Origin: an uncultured Acidobacteriota bacterium
Lineage (GTDB): Bacteria > Acidobacteriota > Vicinamibacteria > Vicinamibacterales > UBA8438
NCBI GenBank assembly: GCA_913043225.1
Contig: CAJWLU010000003.1
Span: 64,001 to 128,000 of the forward strand
Reading direction: 5' to 3'
DNA length: 64,000 bases
Under the pieces are notes generated by a model. The model made no database searches. It saw nothing but the letters and a program-made list of their open reading frames with translations, and was not told where the DNA came from. Of this stretch, positions 38,977-48,397 are shown piece by piece. The position numbers and the translations under genes are program-made. Each line of letters begins with the position of its first letter. Positions within the stretch are counted from its first letter, which is position 1.

Positions 38977-39014
38977 TGGACAACCCCAAGCGCCGGCAGT
39001 AGGGTCGATACATG
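38977..39014 (+). promoter_or_regulatory. Sigma70-type promoter with leaderless start
   Basis: TGGACA (38977-82), 17 nt, TAGGGT (39000-05), 6 nt, ATG 39012. Confidence 0.5.
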
Positions 39015-39503
39015 GGTGCGCTCGCGATCCGCACGGTTCTAGTCACGGCCGGATTCCTTGCCGCGCTGGTTGGTTCGGCAGCCGCACAGCAGGATCTGGA
39101 GATCGAGAACCTTGAGGGGGTTCGCGAAGTCAACGTCGTGGTCGAGGATCTGGCCGACGACGCTGAGGATGCCGGTCTGACCCGCCGGGGCCTGCAGAAC
39201 GCCGCCGAGGCAGCGCTCGAGGGCTGTGGCATCGAGATCGGCGGAAGCTCAGCCGACCTGTACATCAACGTCGCCACGCACCAGGGGGCGACCGGACTCT
39301 ACGCCTACTATGCCCGGGTATCTCTCCAGCAGATGGCGACGATCGAGGGCAACCAGCTCCGTGCGCTGCTTGATACGTGGGATATGGCGAGCCTGGGCGC
39401 GGTTGGTGGCGCCAATCTCCCGCAGGTCGAGGGCGTGGTTGTGCAGCTCGTGGAGCTGTTTTGCGACCAGTACTTCGAGATTAACGAGCCACGCGCGCGG
39501 TGA
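39012..39503 (+). CDS. Secreted hypothetical protein
   Basis: Signal peptide (AAAQQ); acidic; fills the gap between genes. Confidence 0.7.
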   Translation: MGALAIRTVLVTAGFLAALVGSAAAQQDLEIENLEGVREVNVVVEDLADDAEDAGLTRRGLQNAAEAALEGCGIEIGGSSADLYINVATHQGATGLYAYYARVSLQQMATIEGNQLRALLDTWDMASLGAVGGANLPQVEGVVVQLVELFCDQYFEINEPRAR

Positions 39504-39606
39504 GTCGAGCGTCCGTCGAACCTTTTGAGGCGCTATGATTGTCTTCATTGAGAGTTGTGCGACGCTGGCGACGTTTGTTCACCGCCTTTCATTGACGGAG
39601 AGATTC

Positions 39607-40926
39607 ATGCTGAATCATGGTGTGGCCTTGGCCCTCGCGCTGGCGGTTGTCGTTGGTGTCCCGTCGTTCGGTGTGGCTCAGGAAGTTACCTTTACCGCAC
39701 ACGTTGCTCCGATCTTCTTTGAGAATTGCACGACCTGCCATCGACCGGGCCAGGTAGGGCCGATGTCCCTGCTGACCTACGAAGACGCGCGCCCGTGGGC
39801 TCGTTCGATCAAGCAGAAGGTGGCGGACCGGGACATGCCTCCGTGGGACGCCGACCCAGCGGTTGGCACGTTCGCCAACGACCGGAGCTTGAGCGACGAC
39901 GAGATCGAGACGATCATCGCTTGGGCCGACGCCGGGGCTCCCCGCGGTGACGCGGCGGTCACGCCGGCCGCGCCGTCGTATGCGGACAGCCACTGGACGA
40001 TCGGCGAGCCGGATGCGGTGTTTAGTATTCCGCCGTTCGAAGTGCCAGCCGAGGGGACGGTCGACTACACCTATTTCGAGGTGCCGACCAATCTGACCGA
40101 GGATAAATGGGTTCAGGCGATCGAAGTCAAGCCGGGTGCGATGGCCGCAGTCCACCATATCATCGTCACCCAGCGTGCCGAGTTGAGTGAGGAAGAGATC
40201 GCCGAGCTGCGTCACTTTGACCCGGGCATCCGGCTCGACCGCGAACTGCTGCCGGGACGCGAGATCGAGTGGAATCCCGGCGTGGTCCAGCTCGAGGGGC
40301 GGGGCAAGGGAACCCCCCTTGGCGGCACGACCGTGGGTAACGATGGTGTCTCGGTGTTCCAACTGGGTACGGCGCGACGGCTCCGGGCCGGTACGACGCT
40401 GGTGTTCGAGGTGCACTACACCCCGACCGGAGAGACCCACATCGACGAGTCGAAGATAGGGCTCGTGTTCACCGATGAGCCGCCGACCCAGACCGTTATG
40501 GACGGCGCTATTGTGCACGGCCAGTTCACGATTCCGCCCGGCGAGGCCAACTACAAGATCGAGGCGGATCTGACCTTCTCCAAGGACGCCAAGCTGCTCA
40601 ATCTGTTGCCGCATTCGCACCTGCGCGGCGTGCGTTGGGACTACGAGGCGGTGTATCCGGACGGGCGTCGCCAGGCAATCCTCTCGGTGCCGAGCTACGA
40701 CTTCAACTGGCAGATCGACTACATCTTCGACGAGCCGATCACGATGCCTGCCGGCTCGAAGATCCACGCCGTGGCGTACTACGACAACTCAGCGGCCAAC
40801 CGCTCGAACCCCGATCCGACGGCGGAAGTGCGCTGGGGCGAGCAGACCGACGAAGAGATGTTCTTCACCGCCCTGTCCTACCTGCTCGATGAGGAGGACG
40901 CGGAGGAGACGCAGCAGGAGCAGTAG
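39607..40926 (+). CDS. Secreted cytochrome c-fused copper type II (PHM/DBH-like) monooxygenase-like protein
   Basis: CTTCH...MPPW; VHH, VHY, PHSHLRG, YDFNWQ, EEM; GGAG RBS before ATG 39607. Confidence 0.8.
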   Translation: MLNHGVALALALAVVVGVPSFGVAQEVTFTAHVAPIFFENCTTCHRPGQVGPMSLLTYEDARPWARSIKQKVADRDMPPWDADPAVGTFANDRSLSDDEIETIIAWADAGAPRGDAAVTPAAPSYADSHWTIGEPDAVFSIPPFEVPAEGTVDYTYFEVPTNLTEDKWVQAIEVKPGAMAAVHHIIVTQRAELSEEEIAELRHFDPGIRLDRELLPGREIEWNPGVVQLEGRGKGTPLGGTTVGNDGVSVFQLGTARRLRAGTTLVFEVHYTPTGETHIDESKIGLVFTDEPPTQTVMDGAIVHGQFTIPPGEANYKIEADLTFSKDAKLLNLLPHSHLRGVRWDYEAVYPDGRRQAILSVPSYDFNWQIDYIFDEPITMPAGSKIHAVAYYDNSAANRSNPDPTAEVRWGEQTDEEMFFTALSYLLDEEDAEETQQEQ

Positions 40927-40946
40927 GTTATCTGCTGGCATGTCTT

Positions 40947-40986
40947 AGGGCCGTGTCGGTCATTGGACCGCACGGCCCTTTTCTTG
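40947..40986 (+). terminator. Rho-independent terminator
   Basis: AGGGCCGTG-T-CGGTC-ATTG-GACCG-CACGGCCCT followed by TTTCTT. Confidence 0.8.
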
Positions 40987-41162
40987 TGCGGCGTCGTCTG
41001 CCGGATGGAATAACCGACGCCGGGTCCTAGTCTCCTTCTATAGCAATGGACGACGCCCTGGCGTTGCCTGTTGCCGGGCGCCGCAAGACGGCATGCTACT
41101 CGGTTCGAACTCAAGATACTCGATGCGGGACTCGGAGCCCGCTCGCTCTCAAGGAGGCGACG

Positions 41163-41696
41163 ATGTTGGCAAACTGGAGAAACCGACGTTGGTTGGTGAC
41201 GACCGGTGTGATCGCGGTCCTGGGGATGTTCACGGCGGTAGATGTCGCCCTGAGCCAGCCGCCTGAAGGTCGAAGTCGGTCAGGGCGGATGATGCGCGGT
41301 CCTGGTGGGCTCAGCGGTGGAATGGGGCTCCCGCTCGGCCGTCTAGACCTCACCGAGGATCAACGCACGCAGGTCCGGAACGTGCTGGACCAAAACCGGG
41401 CCGCGACGCGCGAGGCCGAGGCGCGCGTCTATGCCGCGCGCGGCGCACTCTCTGATGCGGTTAACGCGGAGGTGCTGAACGAGGGCGCGATCCGTGCCGT
41501 CGCGAGTGAGCTCGGTCTGTCCGAGGGAGAGGCGGCGATCCAGCGGGCCTATGTGAGGAGTCAGCTTTGGCAGCTGCTGACTCCAAACCAGCAAGCGGTG
41601 GCACTCAAAACCCAGGCCGAAATCGAGGAACGACAGGATCACCGCCGAGAGCGGATGCGTGAGCGCCGGGGGCGCCGTCGGGGCGCGGACCAGTAG
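41163..41696 (+). CDS. Spy/CpxP-family periplasmic protein
   Basis: AAGGAGG RBS; signal peptide; LDLTEDQ and LLTPNQ (LTxxQ) motifs. Confidence 0.8.
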   Translation: MLANWRNRRWLVTTGVIAVLGMFTAVDVALSQPPEGRSRSGRMMRGPGGLSGGMGLPLGRLDLTEDQRTQVRNVLDQNRAATREAEARVYAARGALSDAVNAEVLNEGAIRAVASELGLSEGEAAIQRAYVRSQLWQLLTPNQQAVALKTQAEIEERQDHRRERMRERRGRRRGADQ

Positions 41697-41751
41697 CACT
41701 CCATCGATTCACCAGCGGGGGACGCAGGCATATGCCGCGTCGCCCGCTGGC

Positions 41752-43659
41752 TCATCCCCCCAGCTCGGCCTTCATCTCCCGCCAGGCTTGGCGTGCTTCT
41801 TCGACCGACCCCTCGTCCTCGATCGTTGTGATGTCACCCGGATCCGTGTCTAGGGTGACTGCTCGGAGCACGCGGCGCATGATCTTGCCGCTTCTGGTCT
41901 TTGGCAGCATCGACACGAAGTTGAGCTCTCCCACGACCGCGACTGGCCCGAGCTCCCGGCGCAGGGTGGCCACGACCTCGTCGCGAAGCGCATCGGACCC
42001 GGTCTGTCCCTGCTTGAGCAGGACGAAGGCCGAGATCACTTCTCCGCGGGTCTCGTCGGGGCGGCCGATCACGCCGCACTCAGCAACCGCTGGATGCTTG
42101 AGGCAGGCGCTCTCCACCTCGATGGTGCCGATGCGGTGTGCGGCGATCTTGATGATCTCGTCCGCTCGACCGCCAAACCAGACGTAGCCGTCTTCGTCGA
42201 CGCGGGCCGAATCGCCGCTGTAGTAGAACCCCGGGATCTTGTTCCAGTAGTCGTCTCCGTACCGCTCCGGTTCGCCCCAGAGTGAGGCGACTAGCCCCGG
42301 GAACGGCCGCCGGATGACCATGATGCCTTCTTGGTTCGGTTCGCACGGCGTGCCGTCTTGGTTGACAATCGCCGCATCGATGCCGGGTAGCGCCATGGTG
42401 GCTGAGCCTGGTTTGATAGGTAGCATGCCGAGCCCATAGGGATTGCCAAAGATCGGCCCGCTGGTTTCGGTCTGCCACATGTGGTCGATGACCGGGATAC
42501 GGCCCTGCAGGATCGTGTTCTGGAGCCAGTCCCAGGCGGGCGGATTCAGCACCTCACCCGCCGAGAAGATCCGGGCGACGCGACTGTGGTCGATCGTGCG
42601 CAGCGGATCGTCCCCGTAGCGCATGAGCGCGCGTACCGCCGTCGCCGAAGTGAAGATGCCGGTGGCGCCGATCTCCTCGACCACTGCACGCCAGATGCTG
42701 TCCGGTTCGGGGTAGTCGAGCGCACCCTCGAAGACGACTGTGGTGCAGCCGATGAGAAGCGGGGCGTAGACCATGTAGCTGTGGCCGACGATCCACCCGA
42801 TGTCGGAGGTAGCCCACCACACGTCGGCAGGGCTCATCCCAAAGCACCACTTGGCCATGCTGGCGATGTGCACCTGATAGCCGCCATGGACGTGCACCGC
42901 TAGCTTTGGCTTGGCGGTGGTCCCGGACGTGGCTAGTATGAACGCCGGTTCGTTCGCCTCCATCGATTCGTAGCCGTCGTCCTGTCCTTGGCCTCCGGTG
43001 ATGAACTGCGTCCACGATAGCTCGCGGTCGGAGTCCAGGGAGGGCGGGTCGGGTGATCGCTCCAGGACGACCACCCGTTCGACTGGGTGGCCCGGTGCGG
43101 CGAGCGCCTGGTCCACGATTGGCTTGAGCGGTACATCCTTGCCTTTGCGGTAGGTGACATCGGCGGTGAAGACCACCTTCGAACCGCTGGCGCTGATTCG
43201 ATCCGAGAGTGCCTGGGCGCCAAACCCGGCGAACACCACAGAGTGGATTGCCCCGATCCGGGCGCACGCTAGCATCAGGACCACCGCCTCGGGACAGGTG
43301 GGCATCGACAGCGTGACGCGGTCACCTTTGCCCACGCCCAGGCCCCTGAGCGCGGCGGCGACCTGCCGTATCTCGTGGTGGAGCTGGGAATAGGTCAACA
43401 CCACTCGGCCGCCGCGCTCGTCGAGCGAGACCAGGGCCGTGCGTCCTCCCTCTCCCGTGGCCACATGGCGGTCGACCGCGTTGTACGAAAGGTTCGTCCG
43501 GGCTCCGAGAAACCATCGAAACGATGGGGTGTCGGCCTGATAGACCTGATCCCAGGTCCTGAACCAGGGAAGTTCCCGCGCGGCACGTTCCCAGAAACCT
43601 TCGAGGTCTGAGAGACCGTCTTCACGCCATCGTCGAAAGGTCGGTGTCGTGAGTTGCAT
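41752..43659 (-). CDS. acs: Acetate--CoA ligase (acetyl-CoA synthetase family)
   Basis: RIGAIHSVVFAGF, TSGTTAKPK, SDIGWIVGHSY, WQTET, YYSGD, PKTRSGKIMRR. Confidence 0.88.
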   Translation of the reverse strand: MQLTTPTFRRWREDGLSDLEGFWERAARELPWFRTWDQVYQADTPSFRWFLGARTNLSYNAVDRHVATGEGGRTALVSLDERGGRVVLTYSQLHHEIRQVAAALRGLGVGKGDRVTLSMPTCPEAVVLMLACARIGAIHSVVFAGFGAQALSDRISASGSKVVFTADVTYRKGKDVPLKPIVDQALAAPGHPVERVVVLERSPDPPSLDSDRELSWTQFITGGQGQDDGYESMEANEPAFILATSGTTAKPKLAVHVHGGYQVHIASMAKWCFGMSPADVWWATSDIGWIVGHSYMVYAPLLIGCTTVVFEGALDYPEPDSIWRAVVEEIGATGIFTSATAVRALMRYGDDPLRTIDHSRVARIFSAGEVLNPPAWDWLQNTILQGRIPVIDHMWQTETSGPIFGNPYGLGMLPIKPGSATMALPGIDAAIVNQDGTPCEPNQEGIMVIRRPFPGLVASLWGEPERYGDDYWNKIPGFYYSGDSARVDEDGYVWFGGRADEIIKIAAHRIGTIEVESACLKHPAVAECGVIGRPDETRGEVISAFVLLKQGQTGSDALRDEVVATLRRELGPVAVVGELNFVSMLPKTRSGKIMRRVLRAVTLDTDPGDITTIEDEGSVEEARQAWREMKAELGG

Positions 43660-43714
43660 CGCTCGGAGTATACCCGCGGCGTCTTGCCATGGCGGGCCGG
43701 GATAGACTGACCGG

Positions 43715-44683
43715 ATGTCCCGCGAGTTGAGGGTCGGACTACACGCCGCGATCGTGGCGGTGACCGGCGAGCAGCCACGTGTGCTGACCGTGCCAGATCC
43801 GGCGGGGGATCTGCCGACCGCCCTGCCGTTCGGCCCGCTTGATCCGGATCAGCACCGCACCCTTGAGCTCGGCCTCCGCGCCTGGGTACAGGAGCAGACG
43901 GGTATGGAGCTTGCCTATGTCGAGCAGCTCTACACGTTCGGTGACCGCGATCGCGCGAGTTCGGATGCCGACGGCGCTAGGGTGCTGGCGGTGGCTTATC
44001 TGGCGCTGGTTCGGGAGCGTCAGCTGGCCGAGGAGCGGGGCGCTTGGGAGTCGGTCTACGCCGTGCTCCCATGGGAGGATCGCCGGGAAGGCGAGCCGAA
44101 CGTACTCCGTGACCATATCCGTCCGCGGCTGGGGGCCTGGGTGCGAGAGGGGGCGGATACAGCCACTCGCCGGTTGCGGCGCGGGCGGGTCGACATCACC
44201 TTCGGCAGCGACTCGGCCGGATGGGACAGCGAGCGTGTGCTCGACCGTTTCGAATTGCTCTACGAAGCGGGTCTGGTGGCCGAAGCGTACCGTGACCGGG
44301 CTGGTTCGACCCGCACACAGCCGGATCCCGGGTTTGACGAGCCGCTGGCGTTGGACCATCGGCGGATCCTGGCTACCGCGTTGGGCCGGCTCAGGGGAAA
44401 ACTGAAGTACCGGCCGCTGGTGTTCGAGTTGTTGCCCGAGACCTTCACCCTATTACGGCTACAGCGTACCGTGGAGGCGCTGGTCGGGGTCCGGCTGCAC
44501 AAGCAGAACTTTCGACGCTTGGTCGAACGTGGCCGTCTGGTTGAAGGTACGGGGCGGCTCGAGTCGGCGACTGGTGGACGACCGGCCGAGCTGTTCCGCT
44601 TTCGTCGAGAGGTACTGCACGAACGTCCCGCGCCCGGGGTCGGTCTGCCCGGCCTTCCACCCAAACGGTCGCGGCGCGCCTGA
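43715..44683 (+). CDS. nadQ: Nudix-related NAD biosynthesis regulator, NadQ type (COG4111-like)
   Basis: LPFGP.DP..HRTLE.GLR.WV..QTG, YVEQLYTFGDR, DHRRILATALGRLRGKLKYRP, LHKQNFRRLV, GGRPAELFRF; lies directly upstream of nadABC. Confidence 0.8.
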   Translation: MSRELRVGLHAAIVAVTGEQPRVLTVPDPAGDLPTALPFGPLDPDQHRTLELGLRAWVQEQTGMELAYVEQLYTFGDRDRASSDADGARVLAVAYLALVRERQLAEERGAWESVYAVLPWEDRREGEPNVLRDHIRPRLGAWVREGADTATRRLRRGRVDITFGSDSAGWDSERVLDRFELLYEAGLVAEAYRDRAGSTRTQPDPGFDEPLALDHRRILATALGRLRGKLKYRPLVFELLPETFTLLRLQRTVEALVGVRLHKQNFRRLVERGRLVEGTGRLESATGGRPAELFRFRREVLHERPAPGVGLPGLPPKRSRRA

Positions 44684-44693
44684 TGCCGCAAAC

Positions 44694-44722
44694 TTGACAC
44701 GCCTTATACTCAGGTCTAGACT
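44694..44722 (+). promoter_or_regulatory. Sigma70 promoter of nadABC
   Basis: TTGACA (44694-99), 17 nt, TAGACT (44717-22); locally AT-rich. Confidence 0.75.
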
Positions 44723-44753
44723 AATAGGTAGTAAATTCTCACTTTGAGCATAA
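44704..44753. promoter_or_regulatory. Tandem NadQ-type operators
   Basis: TTATACTCAggtCTAGACTAA (44704-24, good left half only) and AAATTCTCActtTGAGCATAA (44733-53) resemble the NadQ palindrome as recalled (ttATRCTCA-n3-TGAGYATaa). Confidence 0.7.
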
Positions 44754-44762
44754 TGAGGGCCA

Positions 44763-45794
44763 ATGTCATCCGTAATTCACACCGACGCCAAGCTCGAGTA
44801 CACGCCAGAGGTGGCGGCCGCGACCGCTGAGCTTTATGAGCGGGTGCGCGCGGTCGTGCCCGAAGTCGAGTGGCCCGTCCACGCGCCGTATGTCGATGCC
44901 ATCGAGCGTCTGAAGGCGGCGCGCGGCGCGGTCGTGCTTGCGCACAACTACCAGACGCCGGAAATCTTCCACGGGGTAGCTGATCTCGTCGGCGATTCGT
45001 TGGCACTCGCGAAGCAGGCGGCCGCGACCGACGCCGACGTCATCGTCATGTGCGGTGTGCACTTCATGGCCGAAACGGCCAAAATGCTCAGTCCGGACAA
45101 GACCGTACTGATCCCGGATCTCGAGGCCGGTTGCTCTTTGGCCGCGTCGATCACGGGCGCCGATGTACGACTCCTCCGCGAGCGGTATCCCGGAGTTCCG
45201 GTGGTGACCTACGTGAATACCTCGGTCGAGGTGAAGGCCGAGTCCGATATTTGCTGCACCTCGTCGAACGCGGTGGAGGTCGTCGAGTCGCTCGGTGCCG
45301 ACCGGGTGATCTTCCTGCCCGACGAGTATCTGGGTCGGTACGTGGCCGGCAAAACCGACGTCGAGGTTGTGCTCTGGCAGGGCCACTGTGAAGTACACGA
45401 ACGGTTCACCGCCGAGGATCTCCGGAGCTATCGGGATGCCTACCCCGGGGTGCAGATCTACGCGCATCCCGAGTGCCCGCCGGACGTACTGGCCGAGGCC
45501 GACTATGTGGGATCGACCTCGGGGCTGCTCCGCCATGTGGACGCTACCCGTCCAGACCGGGTCGTATTGGTCACGGAGTGTTCGATGAGTGACAACGTGG
45601 CCGTGGCGTACCCGGAGATCGAGTTCATTCGCCCCTGCAACCTCTGTCCCCACATGAAGCAGATCACGCTGCCAGGGATTTATGCGGCGCTGCGCGATCT
45701 CCAGCACGAAGTCCTTGTAGACCCCGCGGTCGCGGCCCGGGGGCGTACCGCCGTGGAGAGGATGCTCCGGGTCGGACGAGGTGCTGGCGGATGA
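44763..45794 (+). CDS. nadA: Quinolinate synthase
   Basis: [45 protein letters not shown]. Confidence 0.96.
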   Translation: MSSVIHTDAKLEYTPEVAAATAELYERVRAVVPEVEWPVHAPYVDAIERLKAARGAVVLAHNYQTPEIFHGVADLVGDSLALAKQAAATDADVIVMCGVHFMAETAKMLSPDKTVLIPDLEAGCSLAASITGADVRLLRERYPGVPVVTYVNTSVEVKAESDICCTSSNAVEVVESLGADRVIFLPDEYLGRYVAGKTDVEVVLWQGHCEVHERFTAEDLRSYRDAYPGVQIYAHPECPPDVLAEADYVGSTSGLLRHVDATRPDRVVLVTECSMSDNVAVAYPEIEFIRPCNLCPHMKQITLPGIYAALRDLQHEVLVDPAVAARGRTAVERMLRVGRGAGG

Positions 45795-47341
45795 GGAGTG
45801 GTCGCCTTGCGAGTCGCGTCGACCGGGTGACGACCCACGATGTGGCCGTGGTAGGAAGCGGCGTGGCCGGTTTGACGGTGGCGCTCGAGACGTCCGGTCT
45901 GGACGTGGCAGTCCTGACACCAGCCCGGCCCGGTGAGACTGGCTCGAGTCAGATGGCGCAGGGCGGTGTGGCGGCGGCAGTGGGGCCTGGAGATTCTCCC
46001 GCGTCACATGCCGCGGACACGTTGGCGGCCGCTGACGGCCACGCTAACCCGGCCCGCGTACGCATGTTGACCGAAGAGGGCCCGGCGCGGGTGGCAGCGC
46101 TGCTGGCGATCGGCGCTCGCTTGGACCTGGACCGGCGGGGCGGTCTCGCCCTGGGGCGCGAGGCGGCGCATAGTCACCCACGCATAGTTCACGCGAACGG
46201 CGACGCCACTGGTGCCGAGATCGTGCGCGCGCTCGGCGCGGAGGTCCGCGCGACAGAGCATGTCCGGTGTTATGAGCAGACCACCGCGCAGGAGATCGTC
46301 GTGCAGCAAGGACGGGCCGTCGGCGTGCTCGCGCTGGACGGTCAGGGTGCGCGGGTGCTGCATCTTGCGCGAGCCGTCGTGCTTGCCACTGGCGGCATCG
46401 GACAGCTCTATCGCCACACAACGAACCCGCCCGGTAACGTCGGCGACGGTCTGGCGATGGCGTCGAGGATCGGCGCTCGGCTCGAGGATCTCGAGTTCGT
46501 GCAGTTTCACCCGACGGCCCTGGCCGTCGGCGCCGACCCGATGCCGCTCCTAACCGAGGCGCTGCGGGGTGCCGGCGCCACGCTGATTGATGAGCAGGGA
46601 TACCCTCTAATGCGTGGCCAGCACCCGGCCGGCGACCTGGCCTCTCGCGATGTCGTGGCCCGTACGCTTTGGCAGCGGTTGGCAGACGGTGGGGGAGTAC
46701 GGCTCGATGCCCGCCCGATCGTGGACCGTGACCTCGAGAAGACGTTTCCCACCGCCGTGCGGCACTGCCGTGCGCATGGGTTCGATTTGACCCGTGACCC
46801 GGTGCCGGTGACCCCGGCCGCCCATTACCACATGGGAGGCATCGCCGTTGATGGCGATGGACGGACTACCGTGCCCGGGTTGTGGGCGTGTGGAGAGGTG
46901 AGCGCCGTGGGTGTCCACGGCGCCAACCGGTTGGCGAGCAATTCCCTTCTTGAGGGGCTGGTCTTTGGCGCTCGGGTGGGTCGCGACCTTGTGCGGACGA
47001 CGTCCGAGGTGCCTCCGATCAAGGTGGATGTCGTGTCTCGACGGGCAGATCCGCTCACCAGCCTGTCGTCTGACGAGGCGCTGACGATTCGTACCGAGGT
47101 GAGAGACATCATGTGGGAGCGGGTCGGATTGGTGCGAGACGCCGATGGGCTGCACGAGGCCCGTGCCGCACTTGCCGACGTCGCTGCCCGGCTGCCCGAC
47201 GGTTTGTCACCGTCCCGTCGCTTCGTCGATGTCGCCCGGCTGGTCACCGAAGCGGCCCTGGCGCGCCCAGAGAGTCGCGGTGCCCACTTCCGTCGCGACG
47301 GCTGGGCCGCTGGTTCGGTTCGGGAGGCGGGCCGCCGATGA
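45791..47341 (+). CDS. nadB: L-aspartate oxidase
   Basis: [55 protein letters not shown]. Confidence 0.95.
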   Translation: MRSGRLASRVDRVTTHDVAVVGSGVAGLTVALETSGLDVAVLTPARPGETGSSQMAQGGVAAAVGPGDSPASHAADTLAAADGHANPARVRMLTEEGPARVAALLAIGARLDLDRRGGLALGREAAHSHPRIVHANGDATGAEIVRALGAEVRATEHVRCYEQTTAQEIVVQQGRAVGVLALDGQGARVLHLARAVVLATGGIGQLYRHTTNPPGNVGDGLAMASRIGARLEDLEFVQFHPTALAVGADPMPLLTEALRGAGATLIDEQGYPLMRGQHPAGDLASRDVVARTLWQRLADGGGVRLDARPIVDRDLEKTFPTAVRHCRAHGFDLTRDPVPVTPAAHYHMGGIAVDGDGRTTVPGLWACGEVSAVGVHGANRLASNSLLEGLVFGARVGRDLVRTTSEVPPIKVDVVSRRADPLTSLSSDEALTIRTEVRDIMWERVGLVRDADGLHEARAALADVAARLPDGLSPSRRFVDVARLVTEAALARPESRGAHFRRDGWAAGSVREAGRR

Positions 47342-48225
47342 CACCCGATCCGCGTCGCCCACCTGCACCGCATCACTATGCCGAGCTCGTCCGTCGCGAG
47401 CTGGCTACCGACCTTGGCAGCGCTGGAGACGTGACCACCGACGTGACGGTGCCAGCGGGGACCCGGGGGACGGGGCGGTTCGTGGCCCGGCGCGAAGGGC
47501 GCGTCTGTGGTCTCGATGTCGCCCTGTCAGTGTTCGACGAGCTGCGCGGCGCGGTCCGCGACGCGGTGCACGTCGAGGTCCAGGCCGGCGATGGTGACGA
47601 CGTTGAGACCGGCGGCGTCATCGCCAGAGTGGAGGGATCTGCCCGGCTCCTCCTGTCGGGCGAACGCACGGCCCTGAATCTCCTCGGGCACCTGTCGGGT
47701 GTCGCCACGGTTACGCGCGATTTGGTTCGCCTGGTGGCCGACGCCGGTCCCGCCGTGGTGACATGCACGCGGAAGACCACGCCCGGGCTACGCGCGCTCG
47801 AGAAGTACGCGGTACGGGTTGGCGGCGGAGTCAATCATCGGTTCGGACTCCACGACGCCGTCCTCATTAAGGACAACCATCGAGAGATGGCAGGTGGTGT
47901 GGCGCCAGCGGTGGTAGCGGCTCGCGCCGCGCTGGGGCATCTCGTCAAGCTGGAAGCCGAGGTCGACACGTTGCCACAGCTTGCCGAGGCGCTTGACGCG
48001 GGAGTTGACGCGGTGTTGCTCGACAACATGACCGTCGAACAGTTGCGACAAGCCGTGGAGATGGCCCGTGGTCGCGCCACAACTGAGGCGTCTGGCGGTA
48101 TCACCAGCCAGAGCATCCAAGCGGTTGCGGCCACTGGTGTCGACGTGATCTCTGTGGGGTGGATCACTCACAGCGCGCCTGCGTTCGATGTGAGCCTCGA
48201 CTTAACGCTGTCGCCGCCATCGTAG
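47338..48225 (+). CDS. nadC: Nicotinate-nucleotide diphosphorylase (quinolinate phosphoribosyltransferase)
   Basis: ATGA overlap with nadB; GDVTT, ERTALN, TRKTTPG, NHRFGL, LIKDNH, LLDN, EASGG. Confidence 0.95.
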   Translation: MTPDPRRPPAPHHYAELVRRELATDLGSAGDVTTDVTVPAGTRGTGRFVARREGRVCGLDVALSVFDELRGAVRDAVHVEVQAGDGDDVETGGVIARVEGSARLLLSGERTALNLLGHLSGVATVTRDLVRLVADAGPAVVTCTRKTTPGLRALEKYAVRVGGGVNHRFGLHDAVLIKDNHREMAGGVAPAVVAARAALGHLVKLEAEVDTLPQLAEALDAGVDAVLLDNMTVEQLRQAVEMARGRATTEASGGITSQSIQAVAATGVDVISVGWITHSAPAFDVSLDLTLSPPS

Positions 48226-48229
48226 GCGT

Positions 48230-48310
48230 GGCCGCGACGGCGACCAGACCTGGGAAGAGATGCACTACACCGGTATGAACTACAGCGTGGCTCGCGAGGC
48301 CGACGAGTAG
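48230..48310 (+). pseudogene. 3'-terminal remnant of a third copper-monooxygenase-like gene
   Basis: Hand translation GRDGDQTWEEMHYTGMNYSVAREADE* aligns with RWGEQTDEEMFFTALSY at the end of 39607..40926. Confidence 0.65.
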
Positions 48311-48330
48311 GATCGCACTAGTACCCGTAG

Positions 48331-48383
48331 CCGTACACGGGAAAAGCCCCGGCCATCGCGACCGGGGCTCTTCCTGTGTACGG
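48331..48383. terminator. Long hairpin between convergent genes, probable bidirectional terminator
   Basis: CCGTACACGGGAAAAGCCCCGG ... CCGGGGCTCTTCCTGTGTACGG near-perfect inverted repeat. Confidence 0.75.
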
Positions 48384-48397
48384 GAGATCTGGTCGAG

